In this document: positions 28,642-39,112 of the stretch, in pieces | Layout: every line of letters starts with the position of its first letter | Position numbering within the stretch: position 1 is the first letter of the stretch | Origin: Octopus sinensis | Lineage: Eukaryota | Direction of reading: 5' to 3' | NCBI RefSeq assembly: GCF_006345805.1 | Contig: NC_042999.1 | Coordinates: forward strand, 88,040,001 to 88,104,000 | Length of the DNA: 64,000 nucleotides | Notes under the pieces: generated by a model | Databases searched by the model: none | The model's input: only the letters and a program-made list of their open reading frames with translations | Told to the model about the DNA's origin: nothing | Made by a program: the position numbers and the translations under genes

Positions 28642-29522
28642 ATGTATATGTATATATGTATACACACACACATTTATATATATATGTATGTATATATATT
28701 CACTTTATACTAATGTTATCAACGCTTACTCATTTTAATATCTATCACTCCTTATCTTAACTCACCATTCTTTATATCATAAAACTTGTTGCTATTTTCC
28801 ATTTTATCTATTGAATCTTTCTCTGTAAATATTTAAAATATATTTAGCTTTATCTTTTAAACTGATATACAAGATGACAGTATTAAGAATATATTTGATG
28901 GCAAGAAATTTAGAACCAGCTAGATTGTAACTTGATAAAACAAGGACTTCTCTTTCTAAAATACCGCGATTCATGATGCATACCTTTGGTTGGTTACCTT
29001 CAAAGAGATCTATACATAAAATAGATTTGAATACAGACAATGTAGACTAATTTTAAAATTTCCTTCAATCCGTTGTCAAGTGACACACACGCACGCACGC
29101 GCGCGCGAACACACACGCGCACACACATAAACACAATTCTGAGAAAAATCTATGAATAACAATAGTTTCCTCATTTTTATATAAAAGAAATTGCATAAAG
29201 CTGAAACTATAAAATTTCTCTGTGTCGTATAACCAATATTATACTTTAGTTTCGACTAACTTATCGTTAAATTATTTAAAATCAATGGTTGGTTTTGAAA
29301 TTTATTTATATATTCTAAAGGATATGAATAAAATTTATTTAATTTTCCATCCAGAAATGATACGACTCACTGAACATATTTCCTCGATAAGTATTCCTCC
29401 AAAAGAAATGTTGCACATTTCGATTGCTTTGCTAGAAGCTAACTTGCAAAATATATCCAATTCGTTAAAATTTCTGTTTGAAGGTAGAAAATATATTACA
29501 CTTCCACACACTCATGTATGTG

Positions 29523-29556
<34 letters not shown>

Positions 29557-29899
29557 ATATAATATATATATATATATTATATATATATATAATATATATA
29601 TATATATATTTATAAGTATGTATATGTATGAGTGTGTGTGCATGTATGTAAGTAGATATTTGTGTGTGGTTGTAGGTTCCTTTTTCTAATATTTAGATCG
29701 AGGAAATAGACAGTCTCCTTGGGGACCTTCCCATACAAGTTGAGTATTTAACTTGGAGATTTGGCACCACAAATAAAAAAAAGGCCGTTGGTGCAATACG
29801 TTCTAACTTGCCTGTAGAAAAGGATGAAAACAATTAAGAAAATGGGTGAAACAAATTAAACCGATTTCTTGTGTACCGTGCTAATGTTATAAGAATTTT

Positions 29900-31150
29900 A
29901 TGAAAACATACAGCTTCTGAATTATGCAATTTATTCACATTATTTACAGTGGATGGATATGCGTCCTCATCTTGTTTGTTGTTGCCACGACGTTCCGGCT
30001 GATTTACTCTCCGGGCTTTATCAGGAATTTTGAAGCCAACCTTGTGGCAACAGCAAACAAAATAAGGACACATATCTGCCCAATGTAAATAATGTAAATA
30101 ATCTGCAGAATTTCTCATCTCTAAAATATAGAACACTATGCTATTTACTGCTTAGCAGACATCAGTACGCTTCAGCAAATACATTACTGATTTGCATAAA
30201 CAAGAATCCGTGTTCATGCGAGATTCATCGGTCCAGCGGGATAGCTTTGACCACGGAAACACATAACAAGTTCGATACTCTGCAATGTCTCCACGTCCCT
30301 TTACACCAGTAAACTGCGTATGCTATGAATATACATCGTCTATAGGGAAGAGGTGTTTCTCCGATGACGAAAATCAACAGCGATCATATCTTCATATTCG
30401 TAACTGCCAGAATGAATTAAGAATGAATAGATACGTTAATATTTCGTGAGGCGGCGTAGCATATTCAGTAGGTAATATTCGTGGAGAAAAAGAGTATTCT
30501 GGGTAAGCAGCATACAAAATTTTAGTGAAGTAGCATCCAGATTAGAGAGTAAATGGTATAATGTTATTGTAGTGAAATAATAATTCTGACTTGAGCGTAG
30601 TTGACTGCTGAATGAAGATCCTGATAACAGTATTTTAGTGAAGTTGTATTTTAAAAAACTACTTGTTCAATGCAAGGCAAGACGCAATTGAGAAAACCTG
30701 TAATCAGGAGCATTGGAGCTAAAGCCATCAAGGTATATTGTAGATCTAATGTATCTTTCAGTTTTGAATTAGTATTTGCGTGATTAGAGAGATTTATATT
30801 TCGAGTAACTGCGTAGGGTCTCCATTGTTGGTTCATAAAGTAGCTACTATGAAGCCCAGATCAGTTCTAAACGTGTAGTCCTCTGACACTCGAGTTATTC
30901 GATCAAAACATGCAGGGTGATCCAGAGATACATCATTTCAGTCATATGTCGCCACATTTCACTGACATATGCTGAAATGAATCATATGGGGTTTACTGTA
31001 CTTGCTGTAGAGTCCAATCAGTTTTTAGATCTCTGTAGATTTTTGTGTAAAGTGGAGAGTAGATGAATGGATATACTTAGCAGGGAATAATTAACAGCTG
31101 TTCCAGTTCTTCTGCTGATGTAATAAATATCAGCACAGAATTTCGCTGTT
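29900..31150 (-). pseudogene. Probable intronless class A (rhodopsin-like, peptide/FMRFamide-receptor-like) GPCR pseudogene
   Basis: Ordered motif remnants across frameshifts: TM3 YLWITLHV-FDR (~30900-30935), TM5 IYSLIWMLLH*NFVCCLPRILFFSTNI, TM6 LLIFVIGETP (~30351-30385), TM7 AVNSIVFY then FRDEKFCRLF, and a Cys-cluster tail PYFVCCCHK. Confidence 0.5.
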
Positions 31151-31242
31151 GAGGCTAATGGTGCTGTAGCTATTTCTGTGTGAACGTGTTCCGGCCGAAT
31201 AAAAGAGGTGGTGTTTGTAGGATGTACTATTGCTCTGGGAAG

Positions 31243-31294
<52 letters not shown>

Positions 31295-31384
31295 ATACAC
31301 TATAACATAATACATATGTAAATATGAGTGTATATATTACATTATATATATATACGTGTATATATATAAATTGTGTGTATGTGT

Positions 31385-32680
31385 GTGTGTATATATACAT
31401 TATGTGTGTTTAACTCCACAAACTCGTAAATTCAATTCAGCATGGCTTCGCTGTGGCAGGGAGTGTCTAACACAGCTCTTACATCACATTGAGGATATAC
31501 TTAAAGCCTTGGGAACAGGTTCGTACTCAGGTTCGACAGGGTTGACCATGAAAACTTCTACACTGGATTGAGTATTTCCTGTCGAATAGAACACAATATG
31601 TTGTGGGCGATGGAGTCTACTCAAGCCCAGCAAAAGCCACCAGTCGTGCCCCTCAGGGGACTGTCTTGGGTCCAATCTTCTTTATAATCTACACAAATGA
31701 CCTTTCCAGCATCGTAAATTACTGCAAATTGAAAATATTTGCTGATGAGACAAAGCTTCAACAGATCATCAATGAAGAAGAAGTCCGAACTCAAATCCAG
31801 TCTGATCTCTATGCGGTGAGTCAATGAGCAGACAAAAACAAAATGCAACTAAAGAAGGGAAAATTTGAGCTGATGCATTTTGGAAGAAAGACTATACTAA
31901 AACAGCCATACTCTCTTCCTTCAGTGGAACTGCTCACAGCATCTAATAATATCAGAGACCTAGGAGTAATTGTTGGTAACAATCTCAGTTGGAGTGCCCA
32001 CATCAACAATAAAGTCGATATAGCTCGTATGATGAGCTCCTGGATCTTAAGACCCTTCCGGTCCAGAGAACTAGGTGTCATCATTCCACTTTTGTCCTCC
32101 TTTGTACGGCCACACCTCGAATACTGCTGCCCCATGTGGTCTCCCAATACAAAGCAAAATATCTCGAAAATTGAATCACCCCAGAGGGCACTCACTAAAC
32201 GAATTAAGGGCATGACCGATCTCAATTACTGGGACCACCTTAAAGCCTTGAAACTCTACTCTCTCCAGCGCCGTCGCGAGCGGTACATCATTTGCACGAT
32301 GGGGAGAATATACCGCCAGCATTGCCCAAACGACCTGAACCTTAATTTCAAGGTTCATCCAAAGCTGGGACCTTAGGACATACGTCCCTTGCGCAATTCA
32401 AGATGGATCACAACATATAGGTACACTACGACACAATTTCTTTTTCTCAACGAGTTCTTCCCTGTTTAGCATTGTCCCAAAACTGATCAAAAAGGAAAAG
32501 GATCCCATCACCTTTAAACGGAGTCTGGACACATTTCTTCAAGGAATACCAGGTAAGCCACCTATACCTGGATATAACTCACTACTAAAACTTGACTTAA
32601 AAAGGATTTAGATAATCATATCAGGTGGTGTTATTAAGTTAGACATGGCCTGGACCAATCTTTGGTCGAAGCATATCTAA
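31385..32680 (+). mobile_element. CR1/L2-group LINE, 5'-truncated RT-thumb-3'UTR
   Basis: CLTQLLHHIEDIL...APQGTVLGPIFFIIYTNDL...KIFADETKL...FVRPHLEYCCPMWSP...LKLYSLQRRRER. Confidence 0.92.
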
Positions 32681-32767
32681 GTTATATATAAATATACGTT
32701 TCAATATATATGTATATGTATATATGTATTTATGTATGTATGTATGTATGTATGTATATATATATAC

Positions 32768-32823
<56 letters not shown>

Positions 32824-32932
32824 ATATATGTATACGTATATATATATATGTATACGTATATATATGTATGTGTACGCGCGTGTTAGTGTTTGTGCGTGTG
32901 ATTGTATGCGAGAGTTAGGAGGCGATATTTAG

Positions 32933-33960
32933 GAGATAATGGCTGTAAGGAATGGAACACTTCTAGGTGTGTTGTTTTATTGTTCATAGATATTTGCTTC
33001 GTTGTGTAGGCAGTCACTAATTTTGGTGAGTATAAATCCTTTTACGATGCCAAATGTGAGTGTAGTCTATGTATAACGTCTCATGATATAAAGTGCACTG
33101 CTTTCTTTCTGTCTTTCATTTCTTTTTTGCTTTATATAGTTTATTATGGAGAGATTAAGGGAACCATGAAGAATGAACTCTGGTATTGCAGTGCGACTAT
33201 ATTGTCTTAGAAAATCAGTGTGGCATGATGCGAGTTGTGTCGTTGCTGTTGCTTTTTGGTGATGCTGCCACTAATTATTGTGAAGTACTATTTTATTGTT
33301 AGTTTTATTCCTTATGTTGGGTACAAAGGTTTTCTAGCCTTTTTGTTTCCTTCGGTTTATTTCCTTGTCTAGTTTGGTGCTGAGTTATACTTCGGTTGTG
33401 TGCACTTTTGGTGTGTTGTGTTTGAAGTTGTATTTAATTTCTATGAACTTGTCTATTTCTGGTGTATAATTGGGGTTTTATTTTTATGTCTCTTTGTGCG
33501 TTATGATTTTTTGGATGTGTCTATAATTATTTAGTTAAGTATATGTGCTGCAGTGTTTATATTAGTGACTATTGGTGTTGTTGAGTTCATTTAATTGTGC
33601 TTTTTGAAGTTCATAGAACTGTTTTAGTTTTCTTCATTGATGAGATAATATGTTGTCCTAATAATTGATAGGTGATCTAGCAACGTTGGAGAATATTTTG
33701 TCAAGTTAGGTTAGGGGAGAAGAAGGTGATATCTGGGGAAAGTGTTATAGTAGTTGACTTCTTTAGGGATAACTCCGTGTTGCTGATGGATTGTTTAGAA
33801 TATGAAAGTAATTTATTTGCGGCGATATTGTTAGTTGTATTACATCTTTTGATACCCACAATATATAAAAATCAGGACATTTGTGTGCATTGATGTTTCT
33901 TGCAAATATAGTATTTGTAAAGTGGCGTAGTTAGAGTCTATAATCTGAAGAGACAGCTAG
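32933..33960 (-). mobile_element. Possible decayed Penelope-like 5' region
   Basis: Strong A/C strand skew on the minus strand and a QHGVIPK remnant; flanked by (TA)n tracts. Weak. Confidence 0.3.
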
Positions 33961-34194
33961 TGATGAAGCTAAATGACATTATATATATATATACATATGT
34001 ATACACATATTTATATATATATGCATGTATGTTTGTGTATATATATATGTATATGTATATATATAATATGCATGTATGTATATATATATATATATGTATA
34101 TGTATATATATATGTATATATATATATGTATATGTATATATATATATGTATATATATGTATATGTATATATATGTATACGTATGTATGTGTGTG

Positions 34195-34225
<31 letters not shown>

Positions 34226-34614
34226 ACGTCCATTGCAAAGGCCATATTTTATATTCACATTCTAATGTAAGTTTCTAAAATGTCTGTCTAGTATTATTTG
34301 AGTAAAATTTGAGTAAAATGCTCGCTGTAATATTTTCTAAGAGTATGTTGACTAAAGTGTTGATACATGGACATCGTATGTGATGATAAAAATTCTAGTT
34401 CATAAAAATGTTTCCATTACAGTTAATATCGTGGAATGCAGAATTTTTAATATTCCTTTGTCTTCCTTTTTGTGTATAAGGCACTTGTTAAATGTATAGT
34501 GCGTATGCTTCTGGCGTTGGAAACAGGATTAAATACAATAATTATAGATTTTATTTTTTGCTGTTGCTGTTTATCTAAATCTGTAAAGTTGTGAATTTTG
34601 ATTATTGGTGATAC

Positions 34615-34652
<38 letters not shown>

Positions 34653-35370
34653 CGCGTCGACATTGTATGACACTTATAGGTCTCACTTGTGGGTAACCAT
34701 TGGTTCTGTGAGCCAATAACGGCATTGGCACATGTCACATCCTTCGATAGAGATTCTAGTCAGTCTTGTTTACCTTTTGATGTATCATTATCAGTAATAT
34801 TTCATTGTGTATATGTAAGCATTTTCAGATGTTCCGCTAATATTTGAAGAAAATTTGATAGCAATTTTTTTCTTGGCGAGTGACCTAGTCGAATCATTGT
34901 CCTTAGTTTACCAATATAGATATTCTGGTAAGATAGTAGTTGTTGCTGCATAGTCTCAGGTCAGCCATTTCAAGCTAACATATAACTAAAAGCAGCCAAA
35001 ACTGATCACCCAGTCTACGTTTCTAGAACTACATTGCTCTGTGTAAACCTAAAGCCTAACTATAAAGTGTGGTCTTCGGAAACATAAGCAGATGGAATGA
35101 TTATCTAAATCGTCTGTCGTTGACTTTGGGTAAAATTATATTATAGGGACTAACATGATGAGAAAACAATTACTTAAGGGGAGAATTAATGCGGAAATCT
35201 TAGTATGGACTAGTAAAAGAAAAAATAACATTTTGCAGCATTAAAGATCATTAAATTCAAGAGCTTCTAAATAAACAGCTTCTAAATTTAAATGCTTCTA
35301 AATACATGAAGTAGTAACATACTTTGCTGATCATATCTAAGAAACTTATACAAAAATAATGGCAGATGTA

Positions 35371-35467
35371 GGACAAATGGTAGCTGAATGAATTGGAAAG
35401 GCTTGTCAAGAACATGAAATGCACAATATTCAAGTCGAAGTAAGGAGGTCTAGGGTCCGGTTGCGAA
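35371..35467 (+). pseudogene. rpsK: Bacterial ribosomal protein S11 fragment
   Basis: GQMVAE*IGKACQEHEMHNIQVEV(fs)GLGSGCE resembles S11 AQMxAExAxKAxxEHGxxxxxVxVKGPGxGRE. Confidence 0.7.
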
Positions 35468-35497
35468 TTGGAATAGATTAGGTCATGTTATGATAAA

Positions 35498-35602
35498 ACG
35501 CATGAAATTGTTCGAGAAAATATTACAATATCAGTTATGTATTCAGGTAGCATTAAAGGAACAGGAACAAGCTGTCCTAGTTTTGAAGATTAAATTCCTT
35601 TT
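35498..35602 (+). pseudogene. mnmG: Bacterial MnmG/GidA tRNA-modification enzyme fragment
   Basis: THEIVRENITISVMYSGSIKGTGTSCPSFED*IPF matches the conserved THExIxxNLxxSPMYSGxIxGxGPRYCPSIEDKxxRF motif. Confidence 0.8.
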
Positions 35603-35620
35603 GAATAAGTAGAGAATAAG

Positions 35621-35656
35621 ATAATTGGAACTTTAAAATATATTTCTCCTGAAATT
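35621..35656 (+). pseudogene. Ser/Thr protein kinase subdomain VIII-like shard (PrkC/PknB-type?)
   Basis: IIGTLKYISPEI fits GTxxYx[AS]PE, but is only 12 codons. Confidence 0.4.
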
Positions 35657-35807
35657 ACTCACAAGTTCTTTCATCTCACCCTGGTTTTGTGCATCTACAT
35701 TTTCAACTGATATTTGCCTTGCAAAATTACTCCATTTATATCGGATTTGATAATTTACCGCGTGCTTATAAATGTAATGGTATATAAAAAGGAGTAATGT
35801 TTATTGC

Positions 35808-36199
35808 CGTTACTACCATTTTAACTCCAGGAGGATGCCTCCAGATGGTTATTCAATGCAGTCTGCACCCTGTATATATTGCATGCAGGTAGCAAACCAC
35901 TACCACTTCCAGTGTTGGAACCATCAGACCGTACGGTTTCAAGCTATTTCTACTTATCCTCAGTGGTGGATACTCGTCCGCTAAAGATAGCAATAGTTCA
36001 TTCCAGCTCACAATATATAGAAAAATAAGAATCCACAACTGAAGATGAACACAAATAGCTCGAAACCGTACGGTTTGGTGGTCCTGTTGCTGGAAAATGG
36101 TAGGGATTCGCTTCTCTGTATGCAATATATCCAGGGTGGAAACTGCATCGAATAACCAGCTGGAGGAGGCATCCTCTTGGGGTTAAAATGGTATTAACG
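35808..36199. mobile_element. Foldback MITE-like element (~390 bp, ~170-bp imperfect arms)
   Basis: cgttactaccattttaactccaggaggatgcc...gtacggtttcaagctattt vs the reverse complement of the right half cgttaataccattttaaccccaagaggatgcc...gtacggtttcgagctattt. TSD ambiguous (TA or TTAA/TTAC). Confidence 0.75.
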
Positions 36200-36635
36200 C
36201 TACTTATGGAGCAGTCATGTTGAAGTGGTGATAAACATTACTTCTCAGTACAGTTACTGCTTTCATCTCTTATAGAGGTTTTCTAACTATCTAATTCGCT
36301 CATTGGTAAATAAAAACATCGATATACTAGAAAACTTAGCATTAATGCTGCTGCTGCTTTTGATTTTGAACGATCATATCCTATGTAATAAAAAATTGAA
36401 GCACATGCTTGAATCAGCAGAATTTTCGTATAATAACTTATTCATGCGCTTCTTCAATTTGTTCACTTGAAGATAACGCTAAAAAAAATGCACCCTTTAT
36501 GATCTAGCATGAAATGCTACCAAAAACTAAAAATTTGTATGAATATCAGTTCACGATTTGTTAATGAATTAGATATTCGGGCTGTATCACATTCTGATGC
36601 TGCAGCATATTTTCACCGAAATTAAGCGGAAACAG

Positions 36636-36777
36636 TTATTCTGGCACTGTTAAATAAGTTAATAAACGAATAACAATTGATACCTTTAAGGTAAAATAAA
36701 TTCTTTTGACAATATGTTTTGAATATATCGACACTTGTTGTTTTTTTAAGATTTTCTCTTTTTACCTTCTGCATTCA
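36636..36777 (-). pseudogene. secY: Bacterial SecY N-terminal fragment
   Basis: KHIVKRIYFTLKVSIVIRLLTYLTVPE* matches SecY TM1 (KxxxxRIxFTLxxLIxxRxxxxIxVP); lies immediately after the rplO stop as in the spc operon. Confidence 0.75.
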
Positions 36778-36780
36778 CTA

Positions 36781-36940
36781 TTACACAACCTCTACTTTTC
36801 CAGCTGCTGTTGCAGTTGCTTCTTTTGCAGAGTTTGAAATATTATAAATTTTTCATATTTAAACTCTCAGTCATTTTACGACTATCTCAAATTTTGAGAA
36901 AAGTTTTATCAAAATGTATTATTTGTATGTTTCTAATGTC
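36781..36940 (-). pseudogene. rplO: Bacterial ribosomal protein L15, C-terminal half
   Basis: ...ISNSAKEATATAAGKVEVV* matches the L15 end (xSxxAKEAIExAGGKVEVI). Confidence 0.85.
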
Positions 36941-37313
36941 TGCAAAAGCTACTGATGTACCTGATGTTATTAAGAAACCAATCAAAGGGGCTAAAAATTC
37001 ATTAGTAAGAGTACCACTTGTAGGAACACCAGCTGCTTATGAAATAATGGGATGTTTTGGAGCAGGTCAGGAATGATTATATCATTTATAAAGGGCCTGG
37101 AGTTATTACTGAAGGATGTGTTCGTGCTGTAACTGAACACGCTGGATTAGCAGATGTTTATGCAACATCATTAGGCTCAATTATACCAATTGATATGATT
37201 AGGGCTACAAAAGAAGAATTGAAATCATAAAGTATAGTTGACCAAGTTGCTAGATGAAGTCGTAAAGCAACTGAAGAATTATAAGAATAGTAGAAGTATG
37301 GGAGAATGAACTA
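36940..37313 (+). pseudogene. rpsE: Inverted duplicate of the 3' part of the rpsE pseudogene, inserted into rplO
   Basis: 374 bp, reverse complement of 37579-37952 with 3 mismatches. Confidence 0.93.
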
Positions 37314-37578
37314 TTATGATTAATATATTAAATATTTCATTTTTTAAATCTTTCAAATTAAAGATTGTATAGCATTTTGTATTAATGTGTGTAAATCCCT
37401 CTTTTGGAATTTCTTGGAAAATGGAAGTTTACCCCCCCCCCTTCAAATCAAGGGCGTACTCCTCCACCGGTACGAACATTTTGATCTTTCTTCACTTTAC
37501 CTGAAGTTTTTCCTCGTCCTAATCTGTTGCAGGAATGACGAGAACCTTCTGTATATTTTAAATCATTCTCTTATATTC
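37314..37578 (-). pseudogene. rplO: Bacterial ribosomal protein L15, N-terminal half
   Basis: [43 protein letters not shown](fs, G10 run)*TSIFQEIPKEGFTHINTKCYTIFNLKDL. Confidence 0.92.
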
Positions 37579-37607
37579 TAGTTCATTCTCCCATACTTCT
37601 ACTATTC

Positions 37608-38229
37608 TTATAATTCTTCAGTTGCTTTACGACTTCATCTAGCAATTTGGTCAACTATACTTTATGATTTCAATTCTTCTTTTGTAGCCCTAATCATATT
37701 AATTGGTATAATTGAGCCTAATGATGTTGCATAAACATCTGCTAATCCAGCGTGTTCAGTTACAGCACGAACACATCCTTCAGTAATAACTCCAGGCCCT
37801 TTATAAATGATATAATCATTCCTGACCTGCTCCAAAACATCCCATTATTTCATAAGCAGCTGGTGTTCCTTCAAGTGGTACTCTTACTAATGAATTTTTA
37901 GCCCCTTTGATTGGTTTCTTAATAACATCAGGTACATCAGTAGCTTTTGCAGTTACTAATCCAACACGTGCATTTTTATCACCAATGATTACGACTGCGG
38001 CAAATCTGAAATGACATTCATATTTTGTCACTCTTGTTATGCAATTGTTACAATTGTTTCAGAAAACTCATTACCAGCTTGATTGCAATTAAATGAAATT
38101 TGTTCAGTTAATGATGTTGTTTTAGGTTCATCTTGGTTATTATTGTTCTCTTTTTTCTTTTTTGCTTGCTCTTGAACAGTCGATATCAAATATACAATTT
38201 TTTTTCTGTCACATGTTTCTATTATTCAT
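37608..38229 (-). pseudogene. rpsE: Bacterial ribosomal protein S5 with a long N-terminal extension
   Basis: NEFSETIVTI(fs)RVTKYECHFRFAAVVIIGDKNARVGLVTAKATDVPDVIKK...VRVPLEGT...EIMGCFGAG(fs)[39 protein letters not shown]...EEL*. Confidence 0.95.
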
Positions 38230-38234
38230 TCTGA

Positions 38235-38520
38235 TTATAATTTTATACCATCTTCACGAGCTGATTCAAAAATGAATACTTGTTCATGATAAAACTAACC
38301 ACTGCAATCAAATACAATATTATGAATTTCGTTTAAGTTGAGCATTTTCAGCAATATCTGCGCCAGTGCTTCTTTAACAGCAGCAATAATTGAAGTTGAG
38401 TTTGATCTATTAATTGTGAATAACAATGAACACTTAATTTGTTCACATTTAATCTTGGGAGTAGTAAAGTACCTGCAATTTTATTTTAAAGACAGTAGCG
38501 TCTTTTGTTTTACAGTTAAT
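38235..38520 (-). pseudogene. rplR: Bacterial ribosomal protein L18
   Basis: KRRYCL*NKIAGTLLLPRLNVNKLSVHCYSQLID...IHNIVFDCSG*FYHEQV...ESAREDGIKL* matches L18 (SGTxxRPRLNV...YAQIID...VVFDRGGYxYHG...AARExGLKF). Confidence 0.88.
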
Positions 38521-38774
38521 AGAACATAAAGAATAATAATGTAAAAAATAGACATGGCTTAAGATATATAGAATCGAAGAACAAAATACCAGTTATAATG
38601 TGTGGGAATTATAAGTCTCTAAAGAAAATTATTTTTTTATAAATATTACGGTTTTAATTTTGAAAGGTAATTACTTTATATTTAATTTGTTAAGCTTTTA
38701 TAGAATACAACACAAGTGTTCCTGACTTATTTGCATCTTTCTTTCTCTTTCTCCCTCTCTCTCTTACATATATT

Positions 38775-39112
<338 letters not shown>

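Noticed and set aside
29924-30088. Plus-strand 54-codon ORF with a hydrophobic stretch (GWICVLILFVVATTFRLIY)
   Set aside because: Short, no recognisable family, and antisense to the GPCR-like tail, so probably a shadow ORF.
37449-37455. TGA in rplO (RP*FEGG) as proof of genetic code 4 (UGA=Trp)
   Set aside because: It could be Trp, but a GGA-to-TGA mutation explains it equally well, and other TGAs in the island fall at non-Trp positions.
35150-38520. Bacterial contamination or chimeric assembly as the explanation of the island
   Set aside because: Every gene is broken by stops and frameshifts, shards are scrambled, and a diverged MITE is inserted; live bacterial DNA would be intact. Read-level confirmation is still needed.
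36636-38520. NUMT or retrocopy of nuclear mitochondrial ribosomal protein genes
   Set aside because: Animal mtDNA carries no ribosomal protein or secY genes, and retrocopies would not preserve rplR-rpsE-rplO-secY operon order.
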